DNA from: Nostoc punctiforme PCC 73102
GTDB lineage: Bacteria; Cyanobacteriota; Cyanobacteriia; Cyanobacteriales; Nostocaceae
Assembly: GCF_000020025.1 (NCBI RefSeq)
Contig: NC_010628.1
Span: 6,300,001 to 6,332,000, forward strand
Direction of reading: 5' to 3'
DNA length: 32,000 nt
The notes below the pieces were generated by a model. That model ran no database searches, had not been told where the DNA came from, and was given only the letters and a program-made list of their open reading frames with translations. Each line of letters begins with the position of its first letter. Within the stretch, counting starts at the first letter, position 1. Position numbers and translations under genes: made by a program. Below, piece after piece: positions 1 to 9,044 of this stretch.

Positions 1-443
1 GTCTTCCCTTTGCGTTCTTCTCTGCAAGACGTTGTGCTAATGCGGTTCGTTTCTTTATTCTCTTATTGCGCTCAAAAGAATATTTACAATGTAAAAAACT
101 AAGTTGTGTATGAAGCATAGCAATTTAATGTTCGATAAATTTGCAGGAATGCTTAATGCTTGAAAATCATCAACTTGGTTGAAAATTATACTATTTTGGT
201 ATCACAAAGCAAGAAAATTTAATATTTATTTTATAGTTAGCTTTTTAGGTCGCACAACCTTACAACAGTGAGTATTCATCAGAACTGTGGCAGAGGAGTT
301 AAATCAGTGAATAACAAGCAATTAAGACTAATAAATGATATTGCTGTTTCGCCAAAAGATGAAATTGATAATAACTAATGATTATTTAAATTCTTCCTCA
401 AGTTGGAGCCAGATGGCAAGACACTTGTCCTAATCTTCCTATT

Positions 444-698
444 ATGGAACTAAAAAAGCCACTAAAAATTTCAGATTTAATCCGTGAACTTCGGCAGCAA
501 CTGGATCTTTCTCAGGAAAAATTTGCAGCCAAGTTGGGAGTTTCCCTACGAACAGTCAATCGTTGGGAGAACGGATCTACAGTGCCTTCACAGATGGCAC
601 TAAAGCTGATTGAAGAAATGTTACAAAAGATGGGCGAACCAGGCAAAAGACTACTGAACGAGTATCTCCTAAAAGCGGAGCAACAGGAGGACTCCTAA
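444..698 (+). CDS. XRE-family helix-turn-helix transcriptional regulator (84 aa)
   Basis: The protein carries the Cro/C1-type HTH signature LSQEKFAAKLGVSLRTVNRWENG. Its stop TAA (696-698) lies 1 nt before ATG 700 of the next gene. Confidence 0.85.
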   Translation: MELKKPLKISDLIRELRQQLDLSQEKFAAKLGVSLRTVNRWENGSTVPSQMALKLIEEMLQKMGEPGKRLLNEYLLKAEQQEDS

Positions 699-699
699 G

Positions 700-3600
700 A
701 TGATGCTGAAAGCACCCGAAAAATTTTTGATGATGCGCTCTTGGTTACTAACTTATGGTGTGATGATTCTGGCAGTCATAGCGGCGCTGCTGTTGACGCA
801 ACTATTGCTACCAGTTTTTGATCCGAGCGTATTTACATTATTTTATGCTGCTGTAGCAGTCAGCGCCTGGTACGGCGGCATGAGACTTGGAGTATTAGCG
901 ATCGCTTTTTCTGTTACAACTGCGCTCTATTTTTTGCTGGAGCCAGTCTACTCGTTCGATTTTCTCAGCCTAAACGTTTTAGTACAATTAACCACATTTT
1001 CACTAGTATCCTTCTTAATTACCGCCCTCTCTTCAGAGTTGCGAACTGCCAGACGTAAGGCCGAGACAAGCCTGAAATTGTTGCAAAATAGCGAAATGCG
1101 GTTTAGTCGCCTCGCAGAATCCAACATCATTGGAGTCATTGTTACTGATATTAAGAACGGCTCCATCATGGAAGCCAATGATGCTTTTCTGAAAATGGTC
1201 GGCTATACGCGAGAAGATTTGTCTGCTAACCAAATAAAGTGGCGTGAAATTACCCCACCTGAGTATCTTCTATTGAGTGAGCGTTCAGTACAGGAAGTAA
1301 AAACAACCGGAGTATGTAAACCCTTTGAGAAGGAATATATCTGCAAAGATGGCACAAGAGTGCCCGTTTTGCTCGGTTCTGTCCTTGTGCAAGAAACAGA
1401 AGAAACTGTCATTGGCTTTGTTGTTGACTTGAGCGAACGCAAACAAACCGAGCAAATCTTGCGAGAGAAGGAAGAACGTCTGAGGTTAGCTAACGAGCGT
1501 TTTCAGTTAGCAGCATCTGCGGTTAACTGTCTCATTTATGACTGGAATGTAGAACAGGATACTGTTGAAAGAACCGATGGGTTAACCCGAATTTTGGGTT
1601 ATTCTCTCGATATTGCAGAACCAACAGGTAATTGGTGGCGAGAACTTGTGCATCCAGAGGATTTGCAACGTGTAGAAGAAGAGTCGGCCATCGCTTTGGC
1701 AAATAGCGATCGCTATACTGCTGAGTATCGCATTCGCAACCAAGATAACCAGTACGTCTATGTACTCGACCAAGGAATAGTGGTGCTACGGGATGCTGAT
1801 GGAAAAGCAGTACGCATTGTTGGCAGCACTACAGATATTAGCGATGTCTACGACGAGCTCCGCTTACGCAAGCAAGCAGAGAAAGCAGTCCAAGAAAGTG
1901 AAGAACGACTCAGGAGTTTTGTCAAAGCAAATATAGTTGGCATTATCTTTGGCGATGTGAATGGTAGTATCACTGAAGCCAACGACGAATTCTTGAGAAT
2001 TGTGGGCTATAGCCAAGCAGATATTCAGGCAGGCAGACTAAAGTGGAGTGATATTACGCCTCCTGAGTATCAATATTTAGATGAACTGGCTATTGCCGAG
2101 GCAACAGTAAAGGGAACCTGTACACCTTATGAGAAGGAATGTATTCGCAAAGATGGTTCTATTGTCCCAGTTGTAGTTGGCTACTCTCTTTTAGGAGAAT
2201 CTGGGCAGAAATCAGTTGCATTTATTCTTGATATTAGTGACCTCAAGCAAGTTAAAAAAGCGTTGAGTCAGAGTCAAGAGCAATTTCAAGCTTTTATGGA
2301 CAATATTCCCGCCGCAGCATGGATTACCAATGCAGACGGGCGTGTACTTTACCTCAGTCCAACTTATCTGAGCATATTCGATGTAGCAACCAAAAAAGCG
2401 ATTAATAAAAACATTTTTGACCTATATCCAGCCCAAATCGCTCAACCCTTCCTTGATAACATTAGAATAGTTGCCCAAACGAATCAGGTTGTTGAAACCA
2501 TCGAGTCTGCCCCACGCACAGATGGCACTCTAGGGGAATTTTTGGTATATAAATTTCCCATTGCAAATGCAACAGGGCAACGTCTAGTAGGAGGGGTTGC
2601 AGTTGACATCACCGAACGCGAACGCATCCTTCGTGAACGCCAGCTTGCAGAACTTGCTTTGCAAGAGCGCAGTGAAAGGCTCAAACTGCTCTCTGAAACC
2701 ACCAGTGATTTGCTTTCAACCGAGCGTCCGTTGGATTTAATGAACAGCTTGTTTAGTAAACTCTCGGCGCAAATGGATTTGCATTTTTACTTCCACTATC
2801 TAATTGAGACGCACGACAATCAGCAGAAACTTCGTTTAGTTGCTTGGAATGGCATTACTGATGAAGTGTTTCAAGCAATTGAATACCTAGAATTTAATCA
2901 AGGGATGTGTGGACTAATAGCGCAAGAACGCCGTCAAATTGTCGTCAACAATGTGCTTAACTATACTCATCCAAATGCCCAGATCCTCAAGTCTTTGGAA
3001 ATCACAGCATACGCCGGTCAACCGTTAATTGCTCAGGGAAAGCTGCTTGGTGTCCTTTCCTTTGCCAGTCGCACCCGTACCCACTTTACCTCTGGGGAGA
3101 TTGCGCTACTGCAAGCAACCTCCGATCAAATAGCGGTTGCTTTGGAACGCGCCGAGTTAATGACTTCGTTACAGCGACGCAAAGAAGAATTGATCCAAGC
3201 GAACCGGATTAAAGATGAATTTTTGGCGGTTCTTTCCCACGAACTTCGCACGCCGCTAAACCCGATTTTGGGATGGTCAAAGTTACTGCAAACTAAAAAG
3301 TATGATGAAGCAACCACCACTCGCGCTCTCGAAACAATTGAGCGCAATGCCAAGCTTCAGACTCAACTAATTGAAGATTTACTAGATGTGTCTCGCATTT
3401 TACAAGGTAAACTGAGTCTGAATATTGCTCCTGTAAATCTGGAAACTGCGATCGCATCTGCAATAGAAACTGTGCGTCTAGCCGCCCAAGCCAAATCTAT
3501 CAATTTGCAATTTACGATTTTAGACTTTCCTGCGGAACGCTACGCGAACGATTTTGGATTAGAAAATTCTCATGGAAATTTAGAATCTATCGATTTTAAC

Positions 3601-4464
3601 AACCAATGTGACGGTCTCAAATCCCAAATCCAAGTTGTGCTTCCAGCATCCCAAAGATGCGATGCAAAATTCCTAGTAACTGGTGATTCTGGTCGATTGC
3701 AGCAAGTTATCTGGAATTTACTTTCCAATGCGATTAAGTTTACGCCCCAAGGTGGAGAGGTAGAAATTAGTTTACAGTCTGTTGGTTCTCAGGTTCAACT
3801 TAGAGTCAGTGATACAGGTAAGGGAATCAGCCCAGATTTTTTACCATTCGTATTTGACTACTTCCGACAAGCTGATGGTGCAACTACCAGAAAATTTGGG
3901 GGATTGGGATTAGGATTAGCTATTGTTCGTCACATCGTCGAGCTACATGGAGGCACAGTTAAGGCAGAAAGTTTAGGCGAAGAACAGGGAGCAACTTTTA
4001 CAGTCATGCTACCAACGATTAAGATTCACCCAGATAGCCACCAGATTCGTATACAACCTGATGATTTACCCAATCTAAATGGGGTGAAAGTTCTGCTTGT
4101 GGATGATGAGCGTGATACGCGAGAGTTAATTGCTTTCATTTTGGAGCAATCTGGCGCGGTGGTAAATCAGACAGCATCGGCTGTGGAAGCATTACAAACT
4201 ATGCCTCAGTTCCAACCAAATTTGCTGTTAAGCGACATTGGAATGCCAGAAATAGACGGCTATATGCTGATGCGTCAAATCAGAGCGATGTCACCAGAAC
4301 AAGGAGGGACAATTCCAGCGATCGCTCTTACAGCTTATGCTGGTGAGGCTGATTACCAACAGGCAATCGCCGCCGGATTTGGGCAGCATATCACCAAGCC
4401 TGTAGAGCCAGCTAAATTAGTTCGAGCGATCGCAAACTTGATTTATAGTCCTAGCAATCTGTAA
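700..4464 (+). CDS. Hybrid sensor histidine kinase (membrane anchor, 4 PAS-like modules, GAF, HisKA, HATPase, receiver)
   Basis: About 4 hydrophobic helices at residues 14-110. There are four PAS-like modules; modules 1 and 3 are clear paralogs (…EANDxFLxxVGYxxxD…KWxxITPPEY…EKExIxKDG…). A GAF domain spans about residues 660-815. H-box SHELRTPLN (His847, codon 3238-3240). N and G boxes NLLSNAIKFT, DTGKGI, GGLGLGLAIV. Receiver domain with LLVDDERDTR and LLLSDIGMPEIDG (Asp1179, codon 4234-4236) and a TKP motif. Confidence 0.95.
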   Translation: MMLKAPEKFLMMRSWLLTYGVMILAVIAALLLTQLLLPVFDPSVFTLFYAAVAVSAWYGGMRLGVLAIAFSVTTALYFLLEPVYSFDFLSLNVLVQLTTFSLVSFLITALSSELRTARRKAETSLKLLQNSEMRFSRLAESNIIGVIVTDIKNGSIMEANDAFLKMVGYTREDLSANQIKWREITPPEYLLLSERSVQEVKTTGVCKPFEKEYICKDGTRVPVLLGSVLVQETEETVIGFVVDLSERKQTEQILREKEERLRLANERFQLAASAVNCLIYDWNVEQDTVERTDGLTRILGYSLDIAEPTGNWWRELVHPEDLQRVEEESAIALANSDRYTAEYRIRNQDNQYVYVLDQGIVVLRDADGKAVRIVGSTTDISDVYDELRLRKQAEKAVQESEERLRSFVKANIVGIIFGDVNGSITEANDEFLRIVGYSQADIQAGRLKWSDITPPEYQYLDELAIAEATVKGTCTPYEKECIRKDGSIVPVVVGYSLLGESGQKSVAFILDISDLKQVKKALSQSQEQFQAFMDNIPAAAWITNADGRVLYLSPTYLSIFDVATKKAINKNIFDLYPAQIAQPFLDNIRIVAQTNQVVETIESAPRTDGTLGEFLVYKFPIANATGQRLVGGVAVDITERERILRERQLAELALQERSERLKLLSETTSDLLSTERPLDLMNSLFSKLSAQMDLHFYFHYLIETHDNQQKLRLVAWNGITDEVFQAIEYLEFNQGMCGLIAQERRQIVVNNVLNYTHPNAQILKSLEITAYAGQPLIAQGKLLGVLSFASRTRTHFTSGEIALLQATSDQIAVALERAELMTSLQRRKEELIQANRIKDEFLAVLSHELRTPLNPILGWSKLLQTKKYDEATTTRALETIERNAKLQTQLIEDLLDVSRILQGKLSLNIAPVNLETAIASAIETVRLAAQAKSINLQFTILDFPAERYANDFGLENSHGNLESIDFNNQCDGLKSQIQVVLPASQRCDAKFLVTGDSGRLQQVIWNLLSNAIKFTPQGGEVEISLQSVGSQVQLRVSDTGKGISPDFLPFVFDYFRQADGATTRKFGGLGLGLAIVRHIVELHGGTVKAESLGEEQGATFTVMLPTIKIHPDSHQIRIQPDDLPNLNGVKVLLVDDERDTRELIAFILEQSGAVVNQTASAVEALQTMPQFQPNLLLSDIGMPEIDGYMLMRQIRAMSPEQGGTIPAIALTAYAGEADYQQAIAAGFGQHITKPVEPAKLVRAIANLIYSPSNL

Positions 4465-4521
4465 ACTAATTTATAATGACAAATATGCCTCTAAAAGGCT
4501 AAATTGGGGCAAATTCAACCT

Positions 4522-4749
4522 TTAATAAATCCATCGTCCTTCCTGACGGGAGTGAACTAAAGCAGTTTCCTTGAGGGTTTTCAGGTGAAAAGATAGTTTC
4601 GACTGATTTACCCCCAAGGCTTTGCACAAATCACATACACATAATTCTTGCTGTCGTAGCAGTTCCAGTACACTAATTATGAGTGGATCGCAAAGAGCAT
4701 AAAAGCCAGCAGCAATTAAATGAGGAATAGTGGTAGCAGGGGTTTGCAT
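4522..4749 (-). CDS. ArsR/SmtB-family metalloregulator, cut short by an in-frame TAA (possible pseudogene; the uninterrupted frame would span 4471..4749)
   Basis: ELCVCDLC plus the winged-helix segment NQSKLSFHLKTLKETALVHSRQEGRWIY matches the As(III)-type ArsR pattern. The ORF stops after RWIY. The same frame then continues RLNLPQFSLLEAYLSL before a second TAA at 4471-4473. Confidence 0.75.
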   Translation of the reverse strand: MQTPATTIPHLIAAGFYALCDPLIISVLELLRQQELCVCDLCKALGVNQSKLSFHLKTLKETALVHSRQEGRWIY

Positions 4750-4775
4750 GAATTAAATTTCGAGAAGAAATGCTA

Positions 4776-5987
4776 TCAACCTGAAGCTGAGACTACAGCT
4801 TCAGGTTGATAGCGGATGCCAGCTTGCTTGAAACGATGTAAAGCTTCACCCAAGCGATCGCAGTCGGCAATCAAACTGATCCTTACATAACCCTCACCCG
4901 CAACCCCAAAGGCATTACCTGGAGTCAGAACAACGCCAGTTTGTTGCAACACGTTCAAGGCAAAATCTGTGGAACCCATACCAACGGGACACTTCACCCA
5001 AAGATACATTGTCGCCTTAGTTCTGGGGATATCCCAACCCAACTCTCCTAACCCGTCAATAAGAAAATCACGGCGGGTACGGTAGCGTTGTTGTACTTCG
5101 TGCAAATAGACATCTGGCAACTGCAAAGCTGTTTCAGCTGCTTTTTGCAAGGCGGAAAAAATACCGTAATCCAAGTTAGTTTTTAGTGTCCGTAAACCTT
5201 GAATTACATGGCGGTTCCCCACCACAAACCCAACCCGCCAACCAGCCATATTATAGGTTTTAGATAAGGTGTGGAATTCTACACCAATATCTTTCGCGCC
5301 GGGAATTTCTAGCAAGCTAGTGGGTTGATAACCATCAAAAGCTAACTCGGCGTAACATAAATCATGCACCAGCAAAATTTCATATTTGCGGGCAAAAGCG
5401 ACGATTTCTTCAAAGAATTCGCGGGGGGCTGTGGCAGCAGTGGGATTACTGGGATAGTTGAAATAGAGAATTTTAGCTTGTCTTGCAACCTCATCAGGAA
5501 TGGCAGCTAAATCGATTAACCAGTCATTCTCTGGTTTAAGAATCAAACTGTGGATTTTGCCGCCTGCGATCGCCGGGCCGCGAAAATGTGCAGGATAAGC
5601 TGGGGAAGGAACCAAAACTAAATCACCAGGGTTAACGTAGGCGATCGCTAAATGGGTTAATCCTTCTTTAGAACCCAGCAATGGCAAAGCTTCGCTATCA
5701 GGATCGAGAACCACACCATAACGGCGATGATACCAATTGGTGATGGCACGACGAAAACTAGCAGTGCCTTCAAAGGGCGGATAACCGTGATTGGCGGGAT
5801 CTTTCAAGGCTGCGATCGCCGCTTCTACAACTGGTGCTGGTGTTGCACCGTCGGGGTTTCCCATACCCAAATCAATTAAATCTAACCCTTGTTCCCGTGC
5901 TTTCGCTTTTAGTTCATCTAAACGGGCAAATACATAAGGTGGTAGTTTTTGTATGCGTTCTGCTGGGACAATCCAATTTAAACTCAT
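4776..5987 (-). CDS. Class I/II PLP-dependent aminotransferase (AlaA / PRK09276-like; often annotated as aspartate or LL-DAP aminotransferase)
   Basis: N-terminal KLPPYVFARLDELKAKAR…DLGMGNPD. NYPSNPT motif. PLP-lysine motif SKTYNMAGWRVG. Its ATG overlaps the upstream gene's stop by 4 nt (5984-5987). Confidence 0.9.
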   Translation of the reverse strand: MSLNWIVPAERIQKLPPYVFARLDELKAKAREQGLDLIDLGMGNPDGATPAPVVEAAIAALKDPANHGYPPFEGTASFRRAITNWYHRRYGVVLDPDSEALPLLGSKEGLTHLAIAYVNPGDLVLVPSPAYPAHFRGPAIAGGKIHSLILKPENDWLIDLAAIPDEVARQAKILYFNYPSNPTAATAPREFFEEIVAFARKYEILLVHDLCYAELAFDGYQPTSLLEIPGAKDIGVEFHTLSKTYNMAGWRVGFVVGNRHVIQGLRTLKTNLDYGIFSALQKAAETALQLPDVYLHEVQQRYRTRRDFLIDGLGELGWDIPRTKATMYLWVKCPVGMGSTDFALNVLQQTGVVLTPGNAFGVAGEGYVRISLIADCDRLGEALHRFKQAGIRYQPEAVVSASG

Positions 5988-7174
5988 TCTTCAACCTCGT
6001 CACTGATTCCCTTGGGCGAAACTCGATTCATGTCTTTACTATCTATAGGTGCAGTGGTGGAAACCATTGCTGCCATCAACTGTTCTGGCGCGACTTTAAA
6101 CGGTAGTCGATGGATGTCAGAATTAGGAACTAGAGCAATTTCGGCGGCTGTTTGTAACTCACCTAATGTAATATTGCCCAATCCCAAATCACTTAATTTT
6201 TGGGGTAGTCCAATTTCTGTGTAGAACTTTAACAACTGTTGTCGTGCTGATGCTGCTAGTTGATTGCCTTGTAGCATTTCTTCTAAACGCAGTTGCACCA
6301 AAATTCCAAAAGCAACCTTTTCGCCATGAATACTGCCATGTCCTGAAATATGAGTTAAACCATTATGCACGGCATGGGCAGCAACTGTGCGACACTGGGC
6401 CCCTCCAAGTCCTCCAACTACCCCAGCTAATAAAACACTTGCGTCTACGACTTCTCGCCAAACTTCGCTACCTGGTTCCTTCAAGGCGGCGGCTGACTTT
6501 TGCAAGAGGATATCTCGCAAAACTCTTGCTTGTTGCACCGCAGCAATAATTAAAGTGTCTTGCAAATGCCCACTGCTAACAGAGGCTTCATACCACTTAG
6601 CGATCGCATCACCAATTCCAGCTACTAAAGTCCGTTGTGGTGCAGTTTGAATCAAGTCATAATCGAGTATCAGTAAATCGGGACAACGAGACAGCCCCAC
6701 ATCGTAGAGAAATGCCCCATTTTCCGAATAAACATTCGACAAGGCACTCCAAGCTGCACAGGTAGCCCCTGATGTCGGAATTGTCACCACTGGCAACTGT
6801 AACTGCTGCGCGAGTAATTTTGCTGTATCTAAGGCTTTGCCGCCACCAACACCAATAATCACATCAGCTTTATGTTCTTTTGCCTTCTTCTGTAAAGATT
6901 TCAGGCTAGCTTCGCAGCAATCTGCACCATAAGAAGCTTGAACAGGATGTAACTGTTGCGTTTCTAAAACTGGTTGCAAATTCTTTCGGCTGATAGCGAG
7001 AGTCGATTCACCTGCCACAATTAAGGGACGACTTCCCAAACAGGCGATCTCTGCTGCGGCTGCTTGCAATACCCCAGAACCACGGATGACTTTTGCCGGG
7101 GCAACTGTGAGCGTAAATAATGAGCTAGAGGTTTGAGTAGACAAAGAAGGTTGAGTAGAAAGTTGATTAGACAT
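5984..7174 (-). CDS. Iron-containing alcohol dehydrogenase family protein, glycerol-dehydrogenase-like
   Basis: GVGGGKALDTAK nucleotide-binding motif and metal-binding HAVHNGLT…HGEKVAFG, as in GldA-type enzymes. It has a Ser/Thr/Gln-rich N-terminal extension of about 30 aa. The 4-nt overlap with the aminotransferase gene suggests an operon. Confidence 0.85.
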   Translation of the reverse strand: MSNQLSTQPSLSTQTSSSLFTLTVAPAKVIRGSGVLQAAAAEIACLGSRPLIVAGESTLAISRKNLQPVLETQQLHPVQASYGADCCEASLKSLQKKAKEHKADVIIGVGGGKALDTAKLLAQQLQLPVVTIPTSGATCAAWSALSNVYSENGAFLYDVGLSRCPDLLILDYDLIQTAPQRTLVAGIGDAIAKWYEASVSSGHLQDTLIIAAVQQARVLRDILLQKSAAALKEPGSEVWREVVDASVLLAGVVGGLGGAQCRTVAAHAVHNGLTHISGHGSIHGEKVAFGILVQLRLEEMLQGNQLAASARQQLLKFYTEIGLPQKLSDLGLGNITLGELQTAAEIALVPNSDIHRLPFKVAPEQLMAAMVSTTAPIDSKDMNRVSPKGISDEVEE

Positions 7175-7722
7175 ATAATCTAGTTTGCCAAAACCTTGAT
7201 ATTTCTTAATCTAATAGACTTGCAAGCAAAGATACTTGTTGCCAAATTGCTACAGACTTGCATCTGACTCAACTAGGTTTTAACCGATCTAATCGCTAAC
7301 TGGTTAAGCCATTTAACGACGTTGCTTGAATCTGTGATGTCCATTAGCCTGAAATTCCGAACTATCAAAGTTTTGAATAACCGTATAATTAATTAACATT
7401 ACCACTCTCAGATTCTCAAGAAAAGTGATTGAGAACTGAATCGTCTGTCGATGGTCATTTCAGCTATGGATAGATGCGTAAGGGTTTACAGATCGATGTC
7501 CGCTCCCACGCCGTTCCTTTTGGCTGCAAAAAATTCTAAAAATGTCAATAGTGGCAATTAGAATAACAACCGACAAATCACAACTGTCAGTATCCATTAC
7601 CCGCACGCTGATCGATCTTTTTCCACAGTAAAATCACGAAAGTGTGAATATCTTAATCTAATAATAACTATTAATGTATCGGTAAATACAAAATAAATTA
7701 TGTCATTCTGATAACAAGCATT

Positions 7723-7778
7723 GGGAATGGGGCATTGGGCATTGGAAAACTCTTCCCCATTCCCCATTCCCCATTCCC
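7723..7778. repeat. STRR-type heptamer repeat forming a hairpin (GGGAATGGGGCATTGGGCATTGG … CCCCATT x3)
   Basis: Tandem CCCCATT at 7755-7778 abuts the stop codon at 7779-7781 of the minus-strand gene. The complementary AATGGGG-type copies at 7723-7745 can pair with it. Confidence 0.8.
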
Positions 7779-8300
7779 TTAAGCGTTAGGTTTTGGCAAT
7801 TGGGCGAATTTATCTGTGTAAATTTCCACTGTGACTGGGGAATTTTGATGAGAAACGAGCGATCGCTTGGCCTCGCCTAAGTAAACTGGTACAGAAACCC
7901 CTGGTTCCGGGTGAATAATGGTGCGGGCACGAACAGTCAACTTGTCGTCTTCCCGTGTACCTGAACGACCATAAGAAAAAAGATTACTAGCTGCTTGACG
8001 TAAAGTTGCTTCTAGTTGTGTGGGTGTAATTTGAGGTGATGTAGTAATAACCGCTTGTGTTGAGCCATTGTCATAAACTAAAGTGTACTTCGTTGCTCCT
8101 GGAATCACAGCCCGACTCAAAGGGACTATCGACAGTGCAAATAAACCACCTGTCAGCACCAGCATAAAGCCAGTCGTACCCACTAGCCGAAAGCGGATGC
8201 CCCATTTGAGAATAAAAGCCAAAACTGTTAAGGCAGCGAATACCAAGGTAGCGATACCTGACCATTGGGTGTACTGAAGAAAGTTAGCTGTTGTGAGCAT
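7779..8300 (-). CDS. Ycf51-like (DUF2518) membrane protein
   Basis: Two N-terminal hydrophobic helices (WSGIATLVFAALTVLAFIL; GFMLVLTGGLFALSIV) followed by a soluble domain. The overall pattern resembles cyanobacterial Ycf51. The family assignment is from memory and was not searched. Confidence 0.55.
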   Translation of the reverse strand: MLTTANFLQYTQWSGIATLVFAALTVLAFILKWGIRFRLVGTTGFMLVLTGGLFALSIVPLSRAVIPGATKYTLVYDNGSTQAVITTSPQITPTQLEATLRQAASNLFSYGRSGTREDDKLTVRARTIIHPEPGVSVPVYLGEAKRSLVSHQNSPVTVEIYTDKFAQLPKPNA

Positions 8301-8825
8301 AAGGTAGGTTATGGATGCGTCTTTTTTTTCGTTACCGACATACCCATTTTACCGAGAGCTTACACCATAGGGGTTGCCGTAATTTGCTTCGGTTAGAGAA
8401 AGTTATTTGTATGACGAGTCATTTATCATTAGATCAAGATTTAGGATTTTGAGTATATTTTTTCGTAATTTCATTACTGTAATCTGGTGTGTTACAAACG
8501 ATCAAAAGTATGAAAGCAAGAATTAAACAAACACTTGTACAAATTAGTTAGCTATTTCTAACACGGCAAAGATAACTACCAATAATTTACACTTCATCAC
8601 TATTTGGATTTTTATTAAGACATAAAAAACCTCATTAACCTAATTTACATTGGTAGGAATGCAATAGGGTTTGAAAATAAATTAATCACATCTAAATTAC
8701 TGTTGAGCGCAACCTTGATTAAAAATAAATGTAAAGAATAAGCATTTACCGTTTGGTTTATCTTTCAAGACTCAAAACGATATTTAAAACGGGCTAGTCC
8801 TAAAAGAGTATCAATAATTATACAT

Positions 8826-8854
8826 ATACAAAAGGGCATCTACAAGAGATGCCC
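8826..8854 (-). terminator. Rho-independent terminator candidate (minus strand)
   Basis: The GC-rich 8-bp stem GGGCATCT/AGATGCCC (8834-8841 / 8847-8854) has a 5-nt loop. On the minus strand it is followed by TTTTGTATATGTA. Confidence 0.55.
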
Positions 8855-9044
8855 GTCATGCAGGAAAACCCTAAAGGGTTGTCCCTACACCTTCCCAACA
8901 ATCAGCAACAGTGACTAATTAGGTATTAGTCACACTCACAGACGTGAATATAGTAATCTTATTAACTTCAAAATCTAAATGTCCCCAGTGCATACACTGA
9001 AAATAAACAAATAGTATTGTAAGTTGCTGTTTATCATTTCCTAA

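Noticed and set aside
1-118. Possible 5' part of a minus-strand gene running off the left edge (ATG at 118: MLHTQLSFLHCKYSFERNKRIKKRTALAQRLAEKNAKGK…)
   Set aside because: Only 39 codons are visible and they show no recognisable motif. It cannot be told apart from a chance ORF without the upstream sequence.
948-3353. Minus-strand ORFs of 63-79 aa inside the hybrid kinase gene (948..1178, 1033..1233, 1203..1442, 1582..1773, 2484..2702, 3126..3353)
   Set aside because: They lie fully inside a long, motif-rich plus-strand CDS and have no recognisable motifs. They are typical antisense shadow ORFs.
5834-6650. Plus-strand ORFs (5834..6106, 6012..6224, 6244..6549, 6387..6650) opposite the aminotransferase and dehydrogenase genes
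   Set aside because: They are antisense to two well-supported CDSs, their sequences are low-complexity or Arg/Leu/Ser-biased, and they have no motifs.
7430-7640. Small ORFs in the 600-bp spacer upstream of the dehydrogenase gene (36 aa on the plus strand from about 7451; 45 aa on the minus strand from about 7597 with a hydrophobic stretch)
   Set aside because: They have no RBS, no terminator and no recognisable motif, and their length is within chance expectation.
7755-7778. Tandem heptamer arrays here (and at 27423-27450 and 18268-18291) as possible CRISPR arrays
   Set aside because: The repeat unit is 7 nt with no spacers and there are no cas genes. These are STRR-type simple repeats.
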